From contig CAWJCS010000001.1 of the NCBI GenBank assembly GCA_963841435.1, positions 128,001 to 192,000 of the forward strand: a stretch of 64,000 nt of DNA, read 5' to 3'. Source of the DNA: an uncultured delta proteobacterium. Its GTDB lineage: Bacteria > Myxococcota_A > Polyangia > Polyangiales > Polyangiaceae. Positions 50,201 through 58,652 of this stretch are shown piece after piece (positions within the stretch are counted from its first letter, which is position 1; each line of letters begins with the position of its first letter). Under the pieces are notes generated by a model. That model ran no database searches. It saw only the letters and a program-made list of their open reading frames with translations, and was not told the origin of the DNA. The translations under genes and the position numbers were made by a program.

Positions 50201-51951
50201 CTGACGGTGATGTCGCCGACGGTCGAATCGAGCGCGGCGAACCCGCCGATGCTCTGCAGCGTGGCGTTGGAAGCGATGTTGATGTAGCTGCCGACCTTCT
50301 TGAGAGCGCCGAAGCCCGTGATGTCGACGAGCGCACCGTTGCCGTAGACCTGGACGTATTGGCCGACCTCTTGGACGGCCGGGAACCCGGAAAGGTTCAG
50401 CATGCCGCTGTTCGACTGGAGGTTCAGGTAGCCGTAGACCTTGGCCAGGCTGTTGAGCCCGTTGACGTTCAAGAGCCCGTTGTTGTTGTAGAGCTGGAAG
50501 TAGCCGCCCACCGTCTGCAGGTTCCCGAGCGCCGTCAGATCGTTGAGGGTGCCGTTGCTCTGGATGTTGAAGCTTCCGACGACGGTGGTGAGCCCCGAGA
50601 GCCCGCTCAGCGTGGAAAGCTGGCTGTTGCTCGAGATGCTGATGTTCCCGCCGACCCACTGCAGGGCCTCGAGGCCCGCGAGGTTGGTGAGCGAGGTGCT
50701 GTTGATCGTGAGGTCACCCGTGATGCAGGTGGTCCCGGCGGTCTGGAAGTCCGACAGGCTCGTCGTGTTGCTGATGGTGACGCTGCCGGACGTGAGCGTG
50801 CCGGCGCAACCGAGCGCCGTGATTTCGGTGCCGCACGTTCCCGTGACGCAGGTCGGCTGCTGACCGGGACACTGCGCCTTGTTGCCGCACGTCGTGCCGC
50901 AGGTCGCCGTGTTGTTGAGGTTGACGTTGCAGGCCGTCGTCGCCTCGCCGTCGCAGTTTCGCGTTCCGGCGGCGCACGGCAGGCAAGAGCCCGCGATGCA
51001 GGTGTGCGTTTCGGCGGGACAGGCGACCGGCTGGCTCCAGTCACCGCTCGTGCACGTCTCGACGGCCGTGCCGCTCGACGAGCAACGCTTCTTGCCGTCG
51101 ATGCAGTTGCCGCCGCCGCCCGTGCCGCTCGACCCCGCGGTGCCCGCGGTGCCGCTCGTGCCGGCGGTGCCGGCCGTACCGGAGGTGCCACCGACGCCGC
51201 TCGAGCCCGCGGTGCCGCTCGTGCCGCCCATGCCGCTCGACCCGCCCTTGCCCGCGGTGCCGCTGGTTCCGCCCGCCCCCATCATCTGACCCGCGGTCCC
51301 ACCGAGGCTGCCGCCCGTCCCGCCCGACTCGTCGCTGCCGCCTTCGCCACCGGCACCGCCGTTGGTGTTGCCCGTGGCCGTGCCGCCGCTGCCGCCGCTG
51401 CCGCCGCTGCCGCCCTTGCCGCCCATGCCTCCGGACGCCGCACCCGGGCCCATGGCGCCTGGAGCCGCGCCGACCAGATCGCCGCCCGAGGTGACCTCGG
51501 TCGGCTCCGCGCACACGCCGTGCACGCAGAGCTGCTCGCCGATGCAGTCGCGCTCTTCCATGCACTGGTTGCGGCACTGGCTGTCCACGGCGCAGACGAG
51601 GGGGTCCTTGCAGTCCGAGTTGAAGTGACACTTCGTTTCGGAGGGCAGCTGGCAGACGTTCTGCGTGCTGCTGCTTCCCTCGCCGCCCTCGCCGCCTTCG
51701 CCGCCCGAGCTCACCTTCACGCAGCGCTGGGTCGCCGGGCAATCGCTCGAGTCCGCGCACTGAGCGTGGCAGAGGCCGAAGCTACAGACGAGCGCCCCCT
51801 GGCAGTCCGAGTTCAGCTTGCAGGTATGGTAATTGTTGGGAGGCGCGTTGTCCGAGCTACAACCGACGGCCACGGCGAACGGAGCCGCGAGAACCAGGAG
51901 CGGTGCGAACACCCACCTGGCGAATGATGAGCCCTTGGATGAAGCAGTCAT
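47281..51951 (-). CDS. Large lipoprotein with Cys-rich N-terminus and three receptor-L-domain-like repeat blocks
   Basis: Lipobox AVAVGC; CxxNSDC repeats; Gly/Ser/Thr linker; many ~25-aa repeats like GYLQIYNNQALTNVNGLSSLxxVG; SD GAGG before ATG 51951. Confidence 0.85.
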   Translation of the reverse strand: MTASSKGSSFARWVFAPLLVLAAPFAVAVGCSSDNAPPNNYHTCKLNSDCQGALVCSFGLCHAQCADSSDCPATQRCVKVSSGGEGGEGGEGSSSTQNVCQLPSETKCHFNSDCKDPLVCAVDSQCRNQCMEERDCIGEQLCVHGVCAEPTEVTSGGDLVGAAPGAMGPGAASGGMGGKGGSGGSGGSGGTATGNTNGGAGGEGGSDESGGTGGSLGGTAGQMMGAGGTSGTAGKGGSSGMGGTSGTAGSSGVGGTSGTAGTAGTSGTAGTAGSSGTGGGGNCIDGKKRCSSSGTAVETCTSGDWSQPVACPAETHTCIAGSCLPCAAGTRNCDGEATTACNVNLNNTATCGTTCGNKAQCPGQQPTCVTGTCGTEITALGCAGTLTSGSVTISNTTSLSDFQTAGTTCITGDLTINSTSLTNLAGLEALQWVGGNISISSNSQLSTLSGLSGLTTVVGSFNIQSNGTLNDLTALGNLQTVGGYFQLYNNNGLLNVNGLNSLAKVYGYLNLQSNSGMLNLSGFPAVQEVGQYVQVYGNGALVDITGFGALKKVGSYINIASNATLQSIGGFAALDSTVGDITVSSNANLTSLAGFAKLTAAGGTINVYSNAKQTTLTGFAELTDAGGLSIYSEAMLTNILGFPKLQNVTGSTVIRDNTVLSRIDGFNALAFAGSDILLYNNPAITSIAGFTKLATANRHLEIYNNASLASIAGFNSVLKVIGHVDIHDNPNLTTIGGFGSLDEVSNYFGIRINSKLTNFDGVANLKTIGTDLLVKNNPALSSINALLTANMQSIGNLFDISGNPNLSSCAVADLKQTLENANGLLGTDTSCCNAGCTQCTGPVCSGTSGGPTGQSGTFQGSITITSSAQLPALANVTEIIGDLTINSTSLSNVTGLGNLVHVTGDVSISSNSSLTTLSALNKLTAIDGNLNIQSNSSLTSLTGLSSLATVGGYLQIYNNQALTNVNGLSMLASVGSYFNIQSNGSLTSLNGLGALTTVGGYLQIYGNGALQNINGLSGLTSVSQYFNIASNSALSDLNGIGSLYSVGAYLAIESNSSLASISGFASLNDVHGELRINNDAALATINGFEALATVSAGALKITSCASLTSIGGFSTLDSISSTLEIHDNAKLASLDANNGFEGLTSVASSILIYNNPLLVSIAGFTSLAMPNANVDIHDNGLQTISGFNAVTDIIGTLSIKNHPALTSISGFTNLGQIGVSLIIRDSDVLTNFNGFDSLVSIGLDLVVASNPVLNSIAGLRSGTLSTGALGNIYQIAGNPALSRCEVDLLRTALNVSSGLNKSGANSGCTVCSGATCTGTAGGIDNQSGTFTGDADINGTTDLAWMKNVTTLTGNFLLQSTTLTNVNGMTNLQSIGGAVTISSNASLTNLNGLGGLQTVGGDMNIQSNAALSTIGGLSSLASVSGYLQIYNNQALTNVGGLASLTTVGKYFNIQSNGSLVNLDGLSKLTSVGTTTSDYFQVYGNGSLVSILGLLPSTGKFTTLAGNLTVQSNSQLSVCQPDALRTILQNAGWARTYNQSSNLACSGTCSGTNNATCQ

Positions 51952-52314
51952 ACGCAAACCTCACATCCCCCACTTGCTGACAAGAAACGGCCTAAGGCCG
52001 TCGCGACCGTAACATGCCTTCGCACGTTTTCGCGACGCCAGATTTTCGCGCGAGCCCCTTACGTCGTTCCTCTTCGAATTCTTCGAATTCGTCCAAACCG
52101 GGGCTCGCTCGGTGAGCCCTCAGCTACCAGCCGACGCGGCAAGGGCCCGAAGGGCGCTGGAGAAGGCGGAGATGGAGGAAGGGGAGGGAGATGGAGAAGG
52201 GGAGGAAGGGGAGATTGAGGATGAGGGTGGAAACGAAAGAAAGAGGATGAAGCGGATGACCGGGGCGGGCGGAGACGCTTGGTTGGCGCTTTTGCTCGTG
52301 TTATGACGTGATCT

Positions 52315-53376
52315 TTGCACCGAGGGTCGCCCGTGCTGAAGAGTTCCCGAGACGCGCTCGTACGACGTGCGCTCGGCTTGGTGCGCCTCGGGGCGGTAAG
52401 TGCGGCTCTTCTTTTGGTTTTTGCATCGGCCTGCGGGAGCGAAAAGGCGAGCTGCGTCCCGGGGCAGTCGATCTCGTGCAGCCTCGGCGACTGCACGGGC
52501 CACCAGGTCTGCAACGCGAACGGCGACGCTTACGGTGAATGCGTCTGCTCCGGCCCGGACGCCGGGGATTTCCCCAAGACGGGGCCGCACTCCGGGCTCA
52601 TCGGCGCGGCCTGTGACAGCTCCGCGGACTGCCGCTCGGGATTCGATTGCCTCACGGTCGACTCCAAGGTCCTGAACGGTGAGGGTCCGAGCGCGGGGAT
52701 TTGCCTCGCGAGGTGCTTGCCCGAGCACGACTTCTGCAGCGACCTCGACGCGAGGTCGAAATGCATCGTGCTCGCCGATGGCGGGACGCCGTCCAACACG
52801 CTCGACGACGTGGCCTACTGCCTGCCGGGCTGCGAGCTCGGGACCCAGCCGAACGAGCTCGACAAGTGCCGCGGGCGCATCGACCTCGTGTGCGCCGAGT
52901 CGCCGGCGGGGTCCGGGGTCGGCTTCTGCCGGCCCGCGTGCCGGAGCGACCTCGACTGCGCGCGCCGCCACTGCGACCTCGGCACCGGGCTTTGCAGCGA
53001 TGACGCGCAGACCGGCGACCCCATCGGGGCCCCGTGCAACCCCGGTCCCACGGTGTCGAGCTGCGCGGGCGGTTGCCTCGACCACGGCACCACGTTCGCC
53101 GAATGCAGCGGCGTCTGCAGCTTCGGGATGGCTGGGTGCGGTCAGGAAAGCCAGGAAGCCCCCCTCGACTACTTCTGCACGCTCGATCCGACCGTCGGAT
53201 CGGGCAACGGCGACCTCGGCTACTGCGCCAAGCTCTGCGACTGCGACGACGACTGCGGCCGGTCGGACGCCGTGTGCGAGCCAAGTGACTCGCTGCCGGC
53301 CGGCACGGGGCGCACCGGCGTCTGCGGGCCCACGACGTACACGAGCGGCGACCCGCGACCCAACACACCATGCTAA
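52315..53376 (+). CDS. Cys-rich lipoprotein (start uncertain)
   Basis: Lipobox FASAC; CVPGQSISC..C.GHQVC, IGAACDSSADC, CRSDLDC, CDCDDDC. Confidence 0.75.
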   Translation: MHRGSPVLKSSRDALVRRALGLVRLGAVSAALLLVFASACGSEKASCVPGQSISCSLGDCTGHQVCNANGDAYGECVCSGPDAGDFPKTGPHSGLIGAACDSSADCRSGFDCLTVDSKVLNGEGPSAGICLARCLPEHDFCSDLDARSKCIVLADGGTPSNTLDDVAYCLPGCELGTQPNELDKCRGRIDLVCAESPAGSGVGFCRPACRSDLDCARRHCDLGTGLCSDDAQTGDPIGAPCNPGPTVSSCAGGCLDHGTTFAECSGVCSFGMAGCGQESQEAPLDYFCTLDPTVGSGNGDLGYCAKLCDCDDDCGRSDAVCEPSDSLPAGTGRTGVCGPTTYTSGDPRPNTPC

Positions 53377-53396
53377 GGCTCGGTCCGAGCTCACTC

Positions 53397-54962
53397 ATGG
53401 CCGGTCGATCGCCCCGCGTGGCGGCAGTGCTCGCCGCCCTCAGCCTCTTGCCCATTCCCGCCGCGCACGCCGCGGAGCCCACGCCCGGCGCGTCTGCCGG
53501 TACGCCCGCGCCGACGACCCCGGCGGGGCCCGCCGCTCCGAAAGCGGGTGACGACGCCAAGGCCGAGGCCGCGCGTCGTTTCGATCGCGGGCTCAAGCTG
53601 TTCAACGCCGGGGATAACGCGGGCGCGCTCGCCGAGTTCAAGCGCATCTACGAGATCGTCCCGAACCCGGTCGTGCTCTACAACATCGGTCTCGTCTACG
53701 CCGCGATGGCGCGGCCGGTCGACGCCGTTGACGCGCTGGAGTCGGCCATCAAGAGCGGCGTGCTGTCGGCCTCGGATCTCGAGCGAGCAACGGCCACGCT
53801 CAACGACCAGGCGGCCCGCGTGGCGCGCCTCAACGTCACCACGGTGCCCGAGCAAGCCGCCATCGAGGTCGACGGCGTGCAGGTCGCGAAAACACCCCTG
53901 CTTTCACCCATTCGCATCGCCGAGGGCAATCACATCGTCGGCGCCGCCGCGGAGGGTTACACGCCCGCTCGCAAGGAAATCGTCGTGGCCGGCAACGTTG
54001 ACGCGAGCCTGCATCTGGAGCTCGTGCGGTCGCGCGGCAAGGGCGTCGGGAACCTGTCGGTGCGCACGGCGACGCTCGGCGCGGAGGTGCACGTCAACGG
54101 CAAGCCGATGGGGCGAACGCCGCTCGCGACCTCGCTCACGCTGCCCATGGGCAACCACGAGGTCGAGCTCCGCCGTCCCGGTTACGTTTCCGAGCGGCGC
54201 CAGATCAGCCTGGGCGAAGGCGCCACCGGTGAGGTCGCGCTCGACCTTCGCGTCGACCCCCAGGCGCTCGGTCGCGACGGCGCCACGCTCCTCATCGAGT
54301 CGTCCGAGTCGCCCTTCGAGGTGACGGTCGATGGAGAGCGCAGGGGCGTGTATGGCGCCTCGCTGCGCCTGCCTCGTGGTCCGCACGACGTCACCGTGAC
54401 CGCCGCGGGGTTCGTCCCCGGCGAGCGGGTCGTGACGCTCGAGCCGTCGGTGACCAACGTCGCGCGCTTCGTGCTCGAGCCCACGCCCGAGACGCGCGAG
54501 CGCCACCGCAGCAACGCGCTCTTTCATCGTTACTGGGGCATTGGTGGCATCATCGGTGGGGCGGTCCTCGGTGGCGTGGGCACGGCGCTCGTCGTCGTCG
54601 GCTCGGGGCAAAAGAAGGACGGCGAGGACGGTATCGCCGAGGTCGAGCGCAAGCTCGAGGCGGACGAGCCGCCCTGCGACCAGTTCAGCGGGTTCGCGGC
54701 CGAGCCGGACCAGACCCAAATGCAGTGCGATCAGGCCCGGGCCGACGCCCAGTCCAAGGTCGATGCAGGCCGCACGAAGAGCATCGCGGGTTTCGTCGGG
54801 ATCGGGGTCGGGGGCGCCGTCGCCGTTACGGGCCTCGTCCTTCTCCTCACGGGTGACGATCCCGACCAGTACGAGCACCCGAGGGCCGGCCTGCCGGGGG
54901 CCCGCTTCGCCTTGCGGACGGGTCCCGGTGAGATCGGGGCCTCCCTGAGCGCGAGCTTCTGA
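53397..54962 (+). CDS. TPR + PEGA domain protein
   Basis: Signal peptide; FDRGLKLFNAGDNAGALAEFKRIYEIVPNPVVLYNIG TPR; three PEGA-like units (IEVDG...GNH, VHVNG...GNHEVEL, VTVDG...GPHDV); Gly-rich hydrophobic segments; C-terminal F. Confidence 0.88.
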   Translation: MAGRSPRVAAVLAALSLLPIPAAHAAEPTPGASAGTPAPTTPAGPAAPKAGDDAKAEAARRFDRGLKLFNAGDNAGALAEFKRIYEIVPNPVVLYNIGLVYAAMARPVDAVDALESAIKSGVLSASDLERATATLNDQAARVARLNVTTVPEQAAIEVDGVQVAKTPLLSPIRIAEGNHIVGAAAEGYTPARKEIVVAGNVDASLHLELVRSRGKGVGNLSVRTATLGAEVHVNGKPMGRTPLATSLTLPMGNHEVELRRPGYVSERRQISLGEGATGEVALDLRVDPQALGRDGATLLIESSESPFEVTVDGERRGVYGASLRLPRGPHDVTVTAAGFVPGERVVTLEPSVTNVARFVLEPTPETRERHRSNALFHRYWGIGGIIGGAVLGGVGTALVVVGSGQKKDGEDGIAEVERKLEADEPPCDQFSGFAAEPDQTQMQCDQARADAQSKVDAGRTKSIAGFVGIGVGGAVAVTGLVLLLTGDDPDQYEHPRAGLPGARFALRTGPGEIGASLSASF

Positions 54963-55001
54963 TCGTCGCGCGAGCCCGCGCGTGGCAGAGGTCAGCGGAC
55001 G

Positions 55002-55754
55002 ATGTTGCCGCGGCACGAGGTGACGCGCGTTCGGCGCTGGCTCCGTTCGGGTAGCTCCGCGCCCCTCGTCGTCGAGACGCGTGCGGGAACGTTCGTGGCG
55101 AAGCTCCGGGGAGCGGGACACGGGGTCACCGCGGTCGTCGCCGAGATCATCGTCGCGGCGCTCGCCGTGCGGCTGGGTCTTCCCGTTCCGGAGGCGGTGC
55201 TCCTCGAGCTCGGCCCGGAGACGCCTAGCGACGACGCCAACGACGAGCTCGCGGACCTGCTCGTGCGTAGCGTGGGCACCAACCTCGGTGTGCGCTTCTT
55301 GCCGGGCGCGCGCGTGCCGCGCGCCGAGGAGCTCGCGCGGCTCGACGACGACTTCGTGGCGCGAGCGCTGTGGCTCGACGGGCTCACGATGAACCCGGAT
55401 CGCACGCCGCAGAACCCCAATCTGCTCTTTTGGCACGGCCGCCCCTGGCTCATCGACCACGGCGCCGCGCTGCCGTTTCACCATGCCTGGGCCGAGGTGA
55501 GCGAGGACACGCCGCGGGAGCCGACGCCTTTCGGGGGGCACCTTTTCGAGGCAAAGACCGGGCTGCTCGCGGCGGTCGACGACGCGCTGTCCGAGCGCCT
55601 CGGCTCGGAGGCGCTCGCTGCCGCGATGCAAGACGTTCCGGACGAGCTCTTGCGCGACCTCGGGGCGTTCGTCGATCCGGAGCGGGCGCGCGTGGCGTAC
55701 CAGGCGTTTTTGCACAAGCGCCTCAAGCCGCCGCGCCCTTTCGTCACCTCGTAA
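55002..55754 (+). CDS. HipA-like kinase
   Basis: GSSAPLVVET, FVAKLRGAG, AEII, LGLPVPE, NPDRTPQNPNLL, WLIDHGAAL. Confidence 0.8.
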   Translation: MLPRHEVTRVRRWLRSGSSAPLVVETRAGTFVAKLRGAGHGVTAVVAEIIVAALAVRLGLPVPEAVLLELGPETPSDDANDELADLLVRSVGTNLGVRFLPGARVPRAEELARLDDDFVARALWLDGLTMNPDRTPQNPNLLFWHGRPWLIDHGAALPFHHAWAEVSEDTPREPTPFGGHLFEAKTGLLAAVDDALSERLGSEALAAAMQDVPDELLRDLGAFVDPERARVAYQAFLHKRLKPPRPFVTS

Positions 55755-55873
55755 ACGTGCTCTCCGAGTGGAACGCTGCGCTGGGTCGCAGGTGACGGCG
55801 TCGCACGTCGGTCGCCTCCCCATCCAAAGCCATGCTTCTTCGCATCTCGCGACTCGTGCGTTAGGTTCACGGC

Positions 55874-56416
55874 ATGCCGCCGCGGATGCTCGCCGGGCGG
55901 GGGTCGTCGCGCCTCGAGCCACCGAGCTTGCGCCGCGAGCGCGATTTTCTCCAGGCGTCTCGTCGCAGCCGCGTGTTGCATCAGGGCCTCGTGGCGCCGC
56001 CGATCACGCGTGATCAGTTTCGTGCCTATCTCCGGCGCGTGCGCGACGCGTCGCACCGCGGATACTTCGTGTGCCTCCCGAGCGGTGAGCTCGCGGGTGT
56101 CATCAACCTGAACGAGATCGTGCGCGGCCCGTTCCGTTCGGCGTACCTCGGTTACTACGCCTTGTCGCCGCACGACGGTCAGGGTCACATGGCGGCCGGT
56201 CTCGGCCTCGTGATGGCGCAGGCCTTCCGAACACAGCGACTGCACCGGCTCGAGGCCAACATCCAGCCGCACAATCGACGCTCGATTCGGCTCGTGGAAT
56301 GCGCGGGGTTCCGGCTCGAAGGTTTTTCGCCGCGCTATCTCAAGATCGACGGGCGCTGGCGGGACCACGAGCGCTGGGCGATCACCCTCGAAGATTGGCT
56401 CGCAGTGCGGCGCTAG
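55874..56416 (+). CDS. GNAT acetyltransferase, RimJ/RimL family
   Basis: SAYLGYY, GQGHM, LHRLEANIQPHNRRSIRL, GFRLEGFSPRYLKIDGRWRDHERWA. Confidence 0.9.
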   Translation: MPPRMLAGRGSSRLEPPSLRRERDFLQASRRSRVLHQGLVAPPITRDQFRAYLRRVRDASHRGYFVCLPSGELAGVINLNEIVRGPFRSAYLGYYALSPHDGQGHMAAGLGLVMAQAFRTQRLHRLEANIQPHNRRSIRLVECAGFRLEGFSPRYLKIDGRWRDHERWAITLEDWLAVRR

Positions 56417-56618
56417 GCGCGCTCGAGCGTGATGCCGCTCGCGGCGGGCCCCGGCCCCGGGCCTCACCGTCGAGGCGCGCCTATTTCGCGGTCACCGGCG
56501 CGGTGCCGCCCCGAAAGGTCCGCCGAAACCCGCCCGAGGCTTGCGCGCTCGCCCGCGCGCGCCGAGGATTCGCCACGTGGGAGACGATCGCCCGACCCTC
56601 TCCGACGAGACGGACCCG

Positions 56619-57152
56619 ATGCAGAGTGTGGTCCGGGCGCTGTGGTTCGCAGCCCGCGCTCACCGGGAGCAGAAACGCAAAGGGAGTGGCGAGCCCTACG
56701 TGAATCACCTCATCGAGGTCGTGGAGCTGCTCACCCGTGTCGCCGAGGTGCGGGACCGCGAGCTCCTGTCGGCCGCCGTGCTGCACGACGTGCTCGAGGA
56801 CACCGAAGTGACGGCCGAGGAAATCGAGGCGGAGTTCGGTCCGCGCGTGCGACAGGTGGTGGAAGCCCTGACCGACGACAAGCAATTGCCGAAGGAAGTG
56901 CGCAAGGAGCTTCAGGTCGAGCACATGCGCGATGCGTCGGCTTGTGTCCGTCTCGTGAAGCTCGCCGACCACACGAGCAACGTCGCGTCGTTGCCCGCGA
57001 GTTGGCCCTACGAGCGAAGGGTCGAATTCCTCGACTGGTCGGAGCGCGTGGCCGCGCTGTGCGCCGACACCTCCGAGCCACTCGACCGCGAGTACCGCGC
57101 TCGGGTCGCCCTGGCGCGCGCGGTGCTCGAACGCGAGGCCTCGGGTCGCTGA
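56619..57152 (+). CDS. HD-domain small alarmone hydrolase (Mesh1/SpoT-HD-like)
   Basis: FAARAHREQKRK, PYVNHLIEV, AAVLHDVLEDT, LTDDKQLPK.VRK, LVKLADH; alternative start GTG 56577. Confidence 0.85.
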   Translation: MQSVVRALWFAARAHREQKRKGSGEPYVNHLIEVVELLTRVAEVRDRELLSAAVLHDVLEDTEVTAEEIEAEFGPRVRQVVEALTDDKQLPKEVRKELQVEHMRDASACVRLVKLADHTSNVASLPASWPYERRVEFLDWSERVAALCADTSEPLDREYRARVALARAVLEREASGR

Positions 57153-57245
57153 GCGAGCGCGCCGGCTGCCGAAACTCGCGCCGAGGGGCCCCTTCCGAAC
57201 TCGCTTGCCGGGCCCCTGCGATCGTACGAGAATGGTGATTGGCGC

Positions 57246-57695
57246 ATGAGCCTTTCGTGGTGGCACTGGGTCGTGCTCGGCCTCGTGCTCGGGCTCGCCG
57301 AAGTGCTGGGTCCGGGCGGGTTCGATTTCATCTTCTTCTCGGTGGGTGCGGTCGCCGTGGGGGTGCTCTCGGCGGTGGGGGTCGCGGGTCCCGCCTACGC
57401 TCAGCTGCTCGAGTTCTCCGTGCTCTCGCTGATTTCGCTCTCGCTGTTTCGTTCGCGATGGCTCGGGCGTCTGGCGAGGGACCCGCACGCCGATCAGATC
57501 GACACGCTCGTGTCGGAGGTCGGCACGCTCAGCGAGGATCTCGCGCCGGGCGCCGTAGGCAAGGTGGAGCTCCGGGGTGCGGCATGGACCGCCAAGAATG
57601 TTTCGCCGAGCGCCCTAAAGCGCGGCGCACGCTGTGTCGTCGTTCACGTCGAAGGCCTGACGCTGCACGTTGGGCCCGAAGGAGCTTCCGGATGA
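57246..57695 (+). CDS. NfeD/YbbJ family membrane protein
   Basis: WWHWVVLGLVLGLAEVL, GKVELRGAAWTA, VVHVEGLTLHV; ATGA overlap with the SPFH gene. Confidence 0.88.
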   Translation: MSLSWWHWVVLGLVLGLAEVLGPGGFDFIFFSVGAVAVGVLSAVGVAGPAYAQLLEFSVLSLISLSLFRSRWLGRLARDPHADQIDTLVSEVGTLSEDLAPGAVGKVELRGAAWTAKNVSPSALKRGARCVVVHVEGLTLHVGPEGASG

Positions 57696-58615
57696 TCGGT
57701 ACCTTGATCGTGTTTTCCGGTCTGGCTCTGCTCGCCCTCGTCGTCGTCGCCAAGACGGCGGTCGTCGTGCCACAGCAGAGCGCGTTCGTCGTGGAGCGCC
57801 TCGGTCGCTTCCACCAGGTGATGCAGGCGGGGTTCCACGTCCTTTTGCCGTTCGTGGACAACATCCGCTATCGCCACTCGCTCAAGGAGGCGGCCGTCGA
57901 CATTCCCGCGCAGGTCTGCATCACGCGCGACAACGTGCAGGTGGGTGTCGACGGGGTCCTCTACCTCAAGGTGCTGAGCCCCGAGCGCGCTTCCTACGGT
58001 ATCGCCGACTACCATTTCGCGATATCGCAGCTCGCTCAGACCACATTGAGGAGCGAAATCGGCAAAATCGACCTCGACAAGACCTTCGAGGAGCGCATGA
58101 ACATCAACGCCTCCGTCGTCACCGAGCTCGACAAGGCGTCCGAGCCGTGGGGCGTGAAGGTGCTCCGCTACGAGATCAAGAACATCACGCCGCCGCAGGA
58201 CGTGCTCGCCGCGATGGAGAAGCAGATGCGCGCCGAGCGCGAGAAGCGCGCCGTGATTCTCACCTCGGAGGGTGCGCGCGACGCCGCCATCAACACGGCC
58301 GAAGGCGACAAGCAGCAGGTGATCAAGGCGAGCGAGGCGCGCCGTCAGCAGCAGATCAACGAGGCGGACGGGCAGGCAGCCGCGATCCTCTCGGTGGCGA
58401 CGGCCACCGCGGAGGGCCTCCGACAGGTGGCGTCGGCGATGCGTGAGCCCGGCGGCGTCGAGGCGACGCAGCTTCGCGTCGCCGAGCAATACGTGCACCA
58501 GTTCGGCGCCCTGGCCCAGCGCAGCAACACCATCATCCTGCCCGCCAACGTCGCCGACGTGGCCTCGATGGTGGCCACCGCCATGCGCGTGTTCCAGGAG
58601 ACGGCGCGGCGCTGA
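57692..58615 (+). CDS. SPFH/stomatin-like protein (QmcA-like)
   Basis: VVERLGRF, QVCITRDNV, LAQTTLRSEIG, WGVKVLRYEIK, MEKQMRAEREKRA. Confidence 0.93.
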   Translation: MIGTLIVFSGLALLALVVVAKTAVVVPQQSAFVVERLGRFHQVMQAGFHVLLPFVDNIRYRHSLKEAAVDIPAQVCITRDNVQVGVDGVLYLKVLSPERASYGIADYHFAISQLAQTTLRSEIGKIDLDKTFEERMNINASVVTELDKASEPWGVKVLRYEIKNITPPQDVLAAMEKQMRAEREKRAVILTSEGARDAAINTAEGDKQQVIKASEARRQQQINEADGQAAAILSVATATAEGLRQVASAMREPGGVEATQLRVAEQYVHQFGALAQRSNTIILPANVADVASMVATAMRVFQETARR

Positions 58616-58652
58616 CGCCCGGGCCGAGACCGTTTTCGAAGCACCGTCGCCC

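Noticed and set aside
51100-51430. Short 9-18-bp repeats (also 16070-16270, 20201-20238, 6980-7270) as a CRISPR or other DNA-level array
   Set aside because: They encode Gly/Ser/Thr or Pro/Ala protein linkers; there is no repeat-spacer structure and no cas genes
51953-52020. GCAAAC...ACGGCCTAAG resembling a c-di-GMP-I riboswitch
   Set aside because: The P2 stem with GNRA loop and the second GCAAA motif are not present; only a small ACGGCC/GGCCGT hairpin
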